64,000 bases of DNA from the human T2T-CHM13v2.0 reference genome, Homo sapiens: NCBI RefSeq assembly GCF_009914755.1, contig NC_060943.1; one strand, given 5' to 3'. Position 1 is the first letter of the stretch, and every line of letters starts with the position of its first letter. The notes under the pieces were generated by a model that was given only the letters and a program-made list of their open reading frames with translations, searched no databases and was not told the DNA's origin. Made by a program: the position numbers and the translations under genes. This document shows positions 1-61,667 of the stretch, in pieces.

Positions 1-113
1 ACCCTGCTGACCTCCCAGTGACCCCTGACCTCACTGTGACCTTGACTTGATTAGTGCCTTCTGCCCTCCCTGGAGCCTCCACTGCCTCTGGAATTGCTCA
101 AGTTCATTGATGA

Positions 114-344
<231 letters not shown>

Positions 345-416
345 TGATCCCGCCTCTGCCTGCCCAGGGGCTGCCCCTGGCCGAGTCACTGAAGCGACTG
401 ATGTCCCTGTCTCCAG

Positions 417-521
417 GACGGCCTCCTCTCCTACTTTGGGACGCCCACGTGGCAGACCGTGACCATCTTTGTGGCGGGAGTGCTCACCGCCTCACTCACC
501 ATCTGGAAGAAGATGGGCTGA
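417..521 (+). CDS. BAX: BAX (BCL2-associated X) last coding exon, C-terminal transmembrane helix
   Basis: CAG acceptor ends 416; exon reads DGLLSYFGTPTWQTVTIFVAGVLTASLTIWKKMG-stop (TGA 519-521), the BAX-alpha C-terminus. Upstream exons lie outside the window. Confidence 0.98.
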   Translation, partial: DGLLSYFGTPTWQTVTIFVAGVLTASLTIWKKMG

Positions 522-661
522 GGCCCCCAGCTGCCTTGGACTGTGTTTTTCCTCCATAAATTATGGCATTTTTCTGGGAGGGGTGGGGATTGGGGGACAT
601 GGGCATTTTTCTTACTTTTGTAATTATTGGGGGGTGTGGGGAAGAGTGGTCTTGAGGGGGT

Positions 662-667
662 AATAAA
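662..667 (+). terminator. BAX: BAX polyadenylation signal
   Basis: AATAAA 141 nt after the stop codon. Confidence 0.85.
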
Positions 668-904
668 CCTCCTTCGGGACACACTTCGGCATCTGAGTCA
701 CTGGGCCTCTGCCCCGCTCCCCGGCACGTCAGGAGAGCAGGCCCTGTCCGCTGCCCCACGCCGGGCCCGCCGTCTGCTGGCCTAGAGATACCTGCTTGGG
801 CCACTCAGGGACGTGGGGCTCTCTGCACTCACTTGACATCTTTTTCTGGGGTGCCCTGTGGGGTCTGTGGGTTAGGGATGAGTTGGTCCTGGGCCTGACC
901 TGCA

Positions 905-966
905 GGAGCTCACGGGAAAGGAAAAGAAGGGAGCTCACGGGAAAGGAAAAGGGAGCTCACGGGAAA
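905..966. repeat. Short tandem repeat, 3 copies of GGAGCTCACGGGAAA
   Basis: Copies start at 905, 930 and 952. Confidence 0.9.
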
Positions 967-1524
967 CGAGGGTGATAGGTGGTACATCTGTCGCAGCCCA
1001 GGATGATCTGTGCGGGACAGAGGCAGCGGCCTGTGAGGCCCAAGCAGGCGTGTGGGTAAGGGAAGAACAGCACGGCCGGCTGCAGAGCAAGCCTCCGCGG
1101 CCCGGGGACCACAGCCTGGCGTGTCACACGTGGGACCTCAGGAGGCCATACCTTTACCGAGCTGGAGAATGGGAGTGGGGGGAGGAGGGATGGGAGGACC
1201 AGAGGAGCAGGAAGGGCTCTGGAGCCTGGTGGTGAGGTCGCTGGAGGGTGGCAGGCTGAGGACACCAGGGCGAGGGCCCACGGGAGAGGCCTCCTGAGCT
1301 GGGCTGAGGACAGAGAGGAAGGGACCTGGCTGGCGACTGAGAGGCTGGAGGGCAGGGCAGAGGAGGAGGAACCTGGTCTGGCCCCACAGCTGGGTGGGGC
1401 CCCCCTGGAGAGGAACTGCCGGAAGAAGGTGCTGAGCTCAGAGGCCCAGTGACCTTAGACACAGGCGGAGCGAAGACAAGGGGGCTAGAGGATGTGGGTT
1501 CTCAGTCACAGGGTCTCTGGCACC

Positions 1525-2345
1525 CCCCTCTGGGTCTTTACCCCCTCCCATCTCTGGGTCTCTGTCCCCATGCTCTGGGTCTTTGCTTTCCGAGCCTCTG
1601 TTCCCACCCCACCTTTGGCCCTCTTTCTCTGGGCCTCTTTCCACCCCTGGCACCCAGACCTCTGGCCCCCTCTCTCTGGGTCTCTGTCCCCCCCTCTGGA
1701 TCTCTGGCCCCCCATCTCTCTCTGGGTCTGTCCCCCGACCCTGAGTTTCTGTCTCCCTCTCTCTGGGTCTCTGTCCTCTCTCTGGCTGTCACTCTCTCTT
1801 GGGTCTCTGTACCTCCCCTCTCTCTGGGTCTCTTTCCCTCTCCCCGGTCTCTGTCCCCCGCCCCCGGGTCCCTGTCCCCCCCCCCCAGGTCTCAGTCCTC
1901 CCTAGTCTCTGTCCCCTTCTGAGTCCCTGTCCCCCCTCTCTCTGGGTCTCTGTACCCCCTTCTCTGGATCTCTGTCCCCACCTCTCTCTGGATCTCTGTC
2001 CCCCACTCTGGATTTCTGTCCCCTCCCGCCGGGTCCCTCTGGGTCTCTATCCCCCCCACCCCTGGGTCTCTGTACCTCCCTGCCTCTGTCCCCCCCCACC
2101 TCTGTCCCCCCCTCTCTCTGGGTCTCTTTTCCCCTCCCTCTGGGTCTCTGCCCCCCTCTCTCTAGGTCTGTCCCCCTCCCCTCTCTCTCAGGGTCTCTGT
2201 ACCCCTCTGTCTCCGGGTCTGTTTTCCCCTCTCTCTGGGTCTCTGTCCCCCTCTCTCTCAGGGTCTCTGTCTGAGTCTCTTTTTCTCTGGGCCTCTGTCT
2301 CCCCACCCCACGTTCTCTATGGTCTTCAGATCCTGTCTCTCTCAG
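1525..2345. repeat. Pyrimidine-rich degenerate minisatellite (~21-24-nt unit CTCTCTGGGTCTCTGTCCCCC)
   Basis: Many degenerate copies visible; explains the low-complexity ORFs 1449-2428. Confidence 0.9.
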
Positions 2346-2821
2346 CCCCTCCTCTCCCTCCACCTATGGGCCCCAAGGCCCCTCTCGGCCGACTAAAGGT
2401 CTCTGGGCTGAGGTATGACATTTGGTAAATGAGTAACTCGGGCCCCACAGTCAACGGGGTGCTTTGGACGGCTGCCCCTCCTCCATGGACTCTTCCCAGA
2501 GACCCCAAGTCAGGGGAGAGAGAGGGGCAGAGGATCAATGAGTGTACACTGAGCCACCACCCAGAGTGAGGGGACAATATGGCCACAGGCAGGATCCCAG
2601 AAAAAAAAAAATTATGGGAACCAAAAAGACACGGAGACAAAGCACACAGCCGGCTTCCAACAAGGGGGGACCTTGGGGTAGGGGGCCCGATTTGGGTCTG
2701 AGCCAGGTCTAGTTCTGAGGGTCCCACCAAAAAAGTCGGGGAGTGCCAAGGGGATGAGGTCAGCGAGTGGCCCCACCCCCATCCGTCCCCGCGGGGGCCC
2801 CTTCCCGCGCTGAGCTCAGCA

Positions 2822-2831
2822 TGACTCAGCA
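2822..2831 (+). promoter_or_regulatory. FTL: MARE/ARE (NRF2/BACH1/AP-1) element of FTL
   Basis: Perfect TGACTCAGCA about 1.37 kb upstream of the FTL start, matching the known distal FTL ARE position as I recall it. Confidence 0.85.
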
Positions 2832-3874
2832 GTCGCTGCCTGCAACAAGGACCCCAGATACCGGCCTGGCGGGGCATCTGCAGATCCCCTCGGTCAGGGG
2901 CTGCCCCGCCTGGGCTGTTCGGAGCAGCTCCTCTGTAGGGCAGGGCCTGACCTCACCCCACACCCCAGTGGCTTCAGCTCCCTGCCCAGCGCACGGGCTG
3001 CCTCCATCAGGGCACTTAAGTAGAGTCAAGGTTTGCGCCGACTCCGTCTCCCAGAAATCAACGTGGACCAGGCCCACTTAAAAAATATGCATTAGTCGAA
3101 GACAGACGTCTCGTCCATAGGTCCCCAGACTGTTTGTCCACAACGCAGGGCTTCTCTTTGTGGGCCTGAAGGAGCACACGTCAGGCAAGACACGAGGGCA
3201 ACTTCAGAGACACTGTTCAGGGCCACGGAGAATTCTCGAAGTCTGTGAGTTGTCTCCAAAACAGCCTCCAGGAAATGCAATCCCAGAGACACCGCAAAGC
3301 TCAAAACAGACTTTTCATTCCTCCCCATTTCCACTCCCAGAAAAAGCCTGGGCCCCTGAAAGAGCTCCAAGGTATCCCCAAAGTCCCAGCCCATCTTTGG
3401 AGGGTTCCAGAGGGCTGTCCAGGGTTCCAGAAGTCACCCTACCTCATACAATGCTCCTCCTGGGCTTCCCGCACTGGGTGAAACCCACGGCTCCAGAATA
3501 ACTGCCCTTTCCAACTTGCAGAGCACCTCAAGAACCTAAAGATTTCCCCGGGGAGGGCTCCAAAATATAGAGAGTTTGCATCGTGAACCCCCACCCCTGT
3601 AAATCCCAGGACTCCAGTCCCCGCAACACTCCATCTTCCAGAGATCTCCAGGGGTCCAGAAATAACACCTCACAGCCTTCCAAGCTTCCCAAGGATCCGG
3701 AGACTCCTTATCTCGCAGCGCAAACCTCAGGCAACTACAGGTCCTCCCTGCACCTTTGAGGTGCCCCTCCCCCCACTCAAGGTTCCAGAAAAATCCATGC
3801 CCTCGGAAACCCCAGAATCTTACTTTCCCGAGGCACCCCAGGACCCCAGGGTCATCAGTTCACAGGGCTGTTAG

Positions 3875-5615
<1,741 letters not shown>

Positions 5616-5740
5616 GAGCCTTCTGAGCCCAGCGACTTCTGAAGGGCCCCTTGCAAAGTAATAGGGCTTCTGCCTAAGCCTCTCCCTCCAGCCAATAGGC
5701 AGCTTTCTTAACTATCCTAACAAGCCTTGGACCAAATGGA

Positions 5741-5746
5741 AATAAA
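5741..5746 (+). terminator. FTL: FTL polyadenylation signal
   Basis: AATAAA followed by a GT-rich downstream element (~5765-5782). Confidence 0.95.
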
Positions 5747-6059
5747 GCTTTTTGATGCAGCTGGTGGTTTTGTGTGTGGTGTGGAAGATGAGGTGGGATC
5801 TGTTCTCATAAAGCTTCTGGCTGGGTTGGGATGCCAGTGAAAGAGGAGTTGGCCCCATCTCCCATTTTCTTAACTGTCCTAAGACAAGAGGCTATCTGGG
5901 TAGTGTTGAACCTGAGGGTTCTCTGCTTGCCTGGCTGTTAACTGTCCCTCCCAGATGGTAGAGATAGACTCCAGGGAGTTGAATTAAGACCTAGGTTGGT
6001 ATCTAGAAACAGATGTTAGGTCTCAGCCAGAAACAGCCCTATTTAACGAGTGATTATGG

Positions 6060-6400
<341 letters not shown>

Positions 6401-7023
6401 AGCCTCAATTCTGGGAGGCAGTTGGAATTATTAGGCCCTTTATATGGGCACATTGACGCTATTGCTATGCAACTTGCATGGCAACCGGGGGGCTCACTGA
6501 GGTCTTTGCTCCAGAGTTTAAGAGATTATGGCCCGAGCTTGAGTGATCCCAATGTGAGGCGCACACTGAGAGGAACTGGCCAGTGGAGCTGAGCAGCCAG
6601 GAACACGTGATGCCCAAGCAATGCTGGACAAGGGGTTTAGGGTTCATCACAGAAATGGGATGTGAAACCTTGGGCCGGATTCTCCAAATGGGAACTGAAG
6701 AAGCTTAAAACAGGCCTTAAAAAGCACTTGCTGTGTCCAAGCTGCAAAACTGCTGTGTCAGCTCTGACTCTTCCCCTTCTCCTTCCCCTGGGTCTGGGGC
6801 AGGGTGGTTCAAGCCTGTAATCCCAGCACTTTGGGAGGCCAAGGCAGGACGATCACTTGAGCCCAGGAGGTTGAGACCAGCCTAAGCAACATAGGGAGAC
6901 CCCCCAAGTCTCTCTAGAATAAGAGGATGAGCTCAGACCAGGGAAGGGGTGGCACTGGGGGGACGTCACAGCCAGGCCCACCAAGTGTCATGTCTGACCA
7001 CACCTGGGATTCTTAAATATAGA

Positions 7024-7029
7024 TGTATT
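7024..7029 (-). terminator. GYS1: Probable GYS1 variant polyadenylation signal AATACA
   Basis: Minus strand GAAAAAAATACATCTATATTTAAG about 1.14 kb past the stop; I saw no AATAAA on the minus strand in the 3'UTR. Confidence 0.6.
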
Positions 7030-8167
7030 TTTTTCATCTCATCTCCGGACACACTCCAATCACACCCCTCCTGCCCTCCCCTCTCAACTGCAAACCAAGC
7101 GGTGCAGACACAGCACAGCACACATGAGGGGCCCTCCCTTTCACCAAAGCTGAAGGCAGGGCACAGTTTGGGGATGGAAGAGCCTCGAGGTAAATGTGGG
7201 GGTTCTAGAACCCAGTGACCTCAGTTCTGGATCATGGGAAAGGGATCAGTATGCAGTAACGTGGTAAGGTTCCAGATCTAGAAGCCAGGACCTAGAACCT
7301 AGTGGTTTCACAGTGGGCAGAGCAGTTGGGAATAAGCCAGGTTAGGGGTGGGGGAAGACAGCCAGCTCTGTCCTCTGCAGGCGGATTCCCTGGAGGGAGA
7401 TCTCAGATTTAGAAAGGAAGAGTAGGATCTGGTCCAGAAAGGGCCAGAAAGACAGGAAGGCATCTGGACTGAGACTGTGTGTCCTCCAGAAGGAATGAGC
7501 AGCCAAGTGGTTCTACCACCTCTTGCTTGGCCAAAGTGTAGGGGATGACAGGAGCCGGATGGAGGGATCCTCCAGGCAGAGCCTGGCTCTGACATGCCAG
7601 GGAGGGCTAGAACATCCCTCCCAGAGCCCCACTTCTGGAGTTGAAATGGAGGACCATCTGCTCTCAGTTACCTTCAAACTCTGAAAGTGCCCCGGCTCTG
7701 GACTTGATCGCCCCATTCGCAGGGACACCACGTGGTTTCCAGAACTTGGTGGCCCGCATGCCGGGCCTGAGCGTGGCCTGCTCTGTATGCTGTAGAATTT
7801 GTAAGCCACACGGGGGGCTCTAAAAGCCCCAGACCTGAAAGCACCATGCCAGGTTTCCTAAAACCTCTGGCACCACCGCAGAGTAATGGCAGATTCCTGG
7901 CCTCTGGGAAGCGGTCCAGGCCCAGGGGACTCCAGGGCGCTGATTATGCATATTCTGGAGCCAGAGAAAGGCACGGCTTTGTGGATTCTGGAGTGCAGGA
8001 ACTTGGAAACTGGAGCTGGAGGGGGTGGAGTGTTTGGCGGACTGGGTGGGGGCACTGCGGGGCCACACCCAGTGCAGATCTGGAGCGGGGGTTTAGGAGC
8101 AGCACCCCTCTGCATCCTCTCTCTGGAGCAGAGAGGCAGGACAGGCGGGGAGTGTGGTGGGGCGGAC

Positions 8168-32011
<23,844 letters not shown>

Positions 32012-32810
32012 GGCTGGCGCAGGAAGGGGGGCTCCGGGGATCTCCAGGTAGGGACCCCGGAGGTGTCTAGGGAATGCACCAGGTAGGGTGCGGGGCCGAG
32101 TAGCTGGTGCCCGACGGGAAGCTTGCAAGACGCTCGGCTTCCTATTGCAAGACCGCACCCCTGCCCCGAAGCGTTGGGACCTAGGCAGAAGGAGGCCGCA
32201 GCGTCACTGAGCCCACTGGCGCCCCTGCAGTGAAACCTCGCAGCCGCCAGGAGGCGGTGGCCGCCCCCCCCAGCCAGCGCCATTGGCCCACGCCCGGGGG
32301 CGGGGATTTCCGCGTGTCCTCATTGGTGGAACGGGTTGGAGTCGCTGTGTCCCGGCCCCGCCTCGGCCGTGAGACCTCCAGGGGGCGGAGCTTGCCGCTG
32401 CGCTTTACGGAAACGAGTGGCCTTCAGCTCTGTCAATCTGGAGCTGGAGGCCTCAAAGTGGGGAGGAGGAGGAGGGTGGGATAAAGAGGAAAGGAGCGTG
32501 GAGGACGTGTGGTTACTCAAAGAACAGCTAAGAATTTTGCAATCGGCCTGAGCGGGGCGGTGGTGGGGCTGAGCAAAAGGAGGAGGAGCCAGGAGACATT
32601 GGGAATGGACCCAGGAGTTCCGGACGCCCGTCTTCCAGCGCAGCCTCGGTGGGAGGGCGGGGCATAAAGTCCCGCCACGCCCCCACAATATTTACATATT
32701 TATGAGGAACCATCGAGATCTTTGAAGAACCAGCTAGCCTAGAGGAGCCAGAACATCTCGCTCCTCGCGCGTTTCCGTTTCCGCTAGGACTCTGGCAGTT
32801 GGTGAGCATC
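32012..32810. promoter_or_regulatory. Bidirectional CpG-island promoter and 5'UTRs shared by GYS1 and RUVBL2
   Basis: Head-to-head ATGs 800 bp apart; CpG-rich; ATTGG boxes ~32282 and ~32322; GC boxes; ACGTG 32505-32509 (HRE-like); tandem TTCCG (ETS-like) ~32773-32783. Confidence 0.9.
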
Positions 32811-54616
<21,806 letters not shown>

Positions 54617-54677
54617 GTTGGATGTCATCCCCCGACCCCACCCTGTTTTCCACCAGAGTTCTGACACTGTGACTCTG

Positions 54678-54683
54678 TATAAA
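54678..54683 (+). terminator. RUVBL2: RUVBL2 variant polyadenylation signal TATAAA
   Basis: TGTATAAA about 60 nt after the stop, with a GT-rich TGTGTATGTGTGGTT tract downstream. Confidence 0.7.
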
Positions 54684-54769
54684 ATGGTTGGGAAGCTGCA
54701 CCCACCCTGTGTATGTGTGGTTGCCCTGAGCCCACAGAAAGACACCGCCAGAGTGCGGATTGAGAAGCC

Positions 54770-54775
54770 TTTATT
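54770..54775 (-). terminator. LHB: LHB polyadenylation signal
   Basis: TTTATT on +, i.e. AATAAA on -. Confidence 0.95.
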
Positions 54776-54841
54776 GTGGGAGGATCGGGGTGTCAGGGCT
54801 CCAGGAGTCGGGATGGACTTGGAAGGCTGCGGGGAGGGTCT

Positions 54842-55854
<1,013 letters not shown>

Positions 55855-55886
55855 CCTTGGTGCATCCCCTGCCTCGTGTATCTGGC

Positions 55887-55990
55887 TTTATACCTCGGGG
55901 TTGTGGGGGCGGCAAGGCCACCAGGAGGTGATAGGATGCTGGGGTAACCTGGACACTAATCCCCCCGGGGGCGAGAGGTGCACATGGCCA
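55887..55990 (-). promoter_or_regulatory. LHB: LHB gonadotrope promoter: TATA plus SF-1/EGR1/PITX1 composite
   Basis: TATAAA 55887-55892; EGR CGCCCCCAC 55903-55911; SF-1 TGGCCTTG 55913-55920; PITX TAATCC 55957-55962; distal EGR 55965-55973; distal SF-1-like 55983-55990. Confidence 0.9.
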
Positions 55991-56487
55991 GGGAGGCGCA
56001 GGAGTGGCTCAGCAGAGTGCCCCAGCCCTCTCCCCTCAGTGGTCTAGCGCCAGAGGTGAGGCAGAGACCACGGTGAAGTGACCTCAGAGACTCAGTTGTC
56101 GAGTGCTAGGGACTAGTCGAGGCTGGAAGCACAGGGAGTAGGGTGTAGGAAGGCCTGCCTCTGCCAATTGTGGGGTCTTGGGAGCCAGGAGGAGGCCATG
56201 ACCCGAGAAAGGTGCTGGACTGAAGCCTCAACCCTCCACTTGAGGCTTTCCTGCACCACAGTCCAACCTAACAGGAGGGGCGCTGCTTCGGACTTAGCTT
56301 CTGCCCAGTGAGAGAGGGTCTCCCCGTGACTGTGCTGCCAGGGAAGCCACTTGACCCAGATGCCCCCAAGGAGGGATTAAGCCCGAGCCCCACCTCTCCC
56401 TTAGGGACCTCCGCCCACCCTACCCTCAAGCCAGGATGCCCGGAGCGTCCCCGGAAGTGGGTGTGGTTCAGGTGATTTAACTCATTA

Positions 56488-56493
56488 TTTAAT
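56488..56493 (-). terminator. Probable polyadenylation signal ATTAAA of the SAXO3-like gene
   Basis: First AWTAAA on the minus strand after the stop at 56741 (~250 nt downstream). Confidence 0.65.
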
Positions 56494-56740
56494 ACGCCCG
56501 CAGGGTGCGTGTCTTGCCCCCGGGGCCACAGCCTGCAAGGACATTATCTGGACTTAGTCCCCTCTCCGTGATGCCGCAGCTGAGTGGGTGTCTGGGCTAG
56601 TCCCGCCCCCACGTTGCCAATAGACGTAATGAGTGCGACTCAGGCTGGGTCCGGAACCCTTCCTAGTGAGCGGAGGTCCCGAGCTCCGCTCGGCAGCGCG
56701 GCCCTGGGGGCGGGTCTGGGGTGGGGCTGGCCCTGACGGC

Positions 56741-59378
<2,638 letters not shown>

Positions 59379-60180
59379 TCAATCAAGGGCCTGCAGGCAC
59401 CTGGATGGATGGAATGAGAAAGAGACCCAGAGACAGGGACCCCAAGAGGGGTACAAAGAAACACAAGGAGGGGGAATGGAGACTCAAAGATAGGAGGGTG
59501 GAAAGGGAAGGAGAAGTTCAGTATTTCAGAGACCCAGGGGGTGGGGGAGAGAGAAACCCAAAAAGAGGGACAGGGACCTGGAGGTGTCAGAGATCCAGAC
59601 AGAGAGACAGAGACCCCTGCGCTGCACCTAGCAACTCAGGACATCCATGAGAAACACCCCCCTTTCTTCCAGGGCCCAGATGCTCCTGGCTGCTTCCTCC
59701 CTCTACCAGGCCTGCCCACCTCAGGGTAACGATTTCCATACATCCCCGGGGCTCCCCGACCCTCCCTGCATGCACGTGCTGAAGTAATCAGCACTAGCAT
59801 TGGCTGTCCTGCCTGCCTTTGATTGGCTTGAAAAGTTCCACCTGGGTAGGCGGGGTGTGGAAACAGGGAGGCACCCACAGAGAAGTGCACCGGACCATAG
59901 CGAAAAACATGGGCTTTGATGAGTGAGAAAGAAATACAAGAGAGGAGAGAGACAGGGAGGAAGACACAGACCACGCTGGAAACGGAGCTATTAGTACTCA
60001 CCCAGAGGCTAGAGCCACCGGAAGTTAGAGACAGAGAGAAAGGCGGCAAAAAAGAGCAAAATCAGAGATGGTAACAAGGAGATGTAGAAACGGAGGCAGC
60101 CACACCCCTCCCTGCCGAGGGGCCTGGTCTGTACAGATTGGTGGAGGGGGTGCCTATGTCCTTTGCTCAAAGCTGGACCT

Positions 60181-60343
60181 GAGAGAGAGAGAGGGGGAGA
60201 GAAAGTGAGAGAGAGAGAGTGTGTGTGTGTGTCTGTGTCTGTGTGTTGGCAACACCTGTGGGGAGATGGGTAATAGGTAAAGGGCTATTGTGAAGTCCTG
60301 TGGTCTGTCCCAGACAGAGAGAAAGAGAGAGAGAGAGAGAGAG

Positions 60344-60374
<31 letters not shown>

Positions 60375-60570
60375 CTGTCTGTGTGTTGGCAACACATGTG
60401 GGGAGATGGGTAATAGGTGAAGGGCTATTGTGAAGTCCTGTGGACCAGAGAGAGAGAGAGAGAGTGAGTGTGTGTGTGTCTGTATGTCTGTGTGTTGGCA
60501 ACACATGTAGGGAGATGGGTAATAGGGGTCATAGGTGAAGGGCTACTGTGAACTCCTGTGGTCTGTCCCT
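60181..60570. repeat. Triplicated ~110-140-bp unit containing (GA)n(GT)n microsatellites
   Basis: Core TGTGTTGGCAACAC…GGGAGATGGGTAATAGG…GGCTATTGTGAAGTCCTGTGG occurs three times. Confidence 0.9.
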
Positions 60571-60609
60571 GGCTTCCCTTGTCATTTCTTCACCATATAG
60601 AGCTTTTGG

Positions 60610-60900
60610 TCACCGGGCACGATGACTCACTCCTGTAATCCCAGCACTTTGAGAGGCAGAGGCGGGCAGATAACTTGAGGTTAGGAGTTTGAAACCAGCC
60701 TGGCCAACATGGCAAAACCCTGTCTCTATCGAAAAATATAAAAAGTAGCCAGGCATGGTGGCGCACACCTGTAATCCCAACTAAGGCAGGAGAATCACTT
60801 GAACTCAGGAGGTGAAGGTGGCAGTGAGCTGAGATCATGCCACTGCACTCCAGCCTAGGGGACAGAGCAAGACTCCATCTCAAAAAAAAAAAAAAAAAAT
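60610..60900 (+). mobile_element. Alu with TSD ATAGAGCTTTTGGTC-like
   Basis: Alu body and A tail; AGCTTTTGGTC on both sides. Confidence 0.85.
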
Positions 60901-61096
60901 AGCTTTTGGTCTAGGCCTCTGCCTCCTCAACCCTCATTATCTCATCCCACGAGCCCATTCTTCAGACAAGGAAACCTGAGGCTGCCTTCTGCAGCCAGGC
61001 CCACAATCCCACTTACTGTTCCTCCCTGAATCATGCTTCTGGGGCCCTTCTGTTGGATTTTGCTGACCCTACTCAAGGGCTCTCAATGACGAATAA

Positions 61097-61463
<367 letters not shown>

Positions 61464-61667
61464 ATCAAGCTGGAAAATTTTAAGGTCTGTTTCTTTCCCA
61501 ATGTAGAGTAAAGTTGCGATGTCATCCCCCGACCCCACACTGTTTTCTACCAGAGTTCTCATACTGTGACTCTGTATAAAATGGTTTGGAAGCTGGACCC
61601 ATCCTGTGTGTGTGTGGTTGCCCTGAGCCCACAGAAAGACACCGCCAGAGTGCGGATTGAGAAGCCT

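Noticed and set aside
1449-2428. Long Ser/Leu/Pro and Gly/Arg/Glu ORFs (up to 209 aa)
   Set aside because: Translations of the CT-rich minisatellite; low complexity and no splice support.
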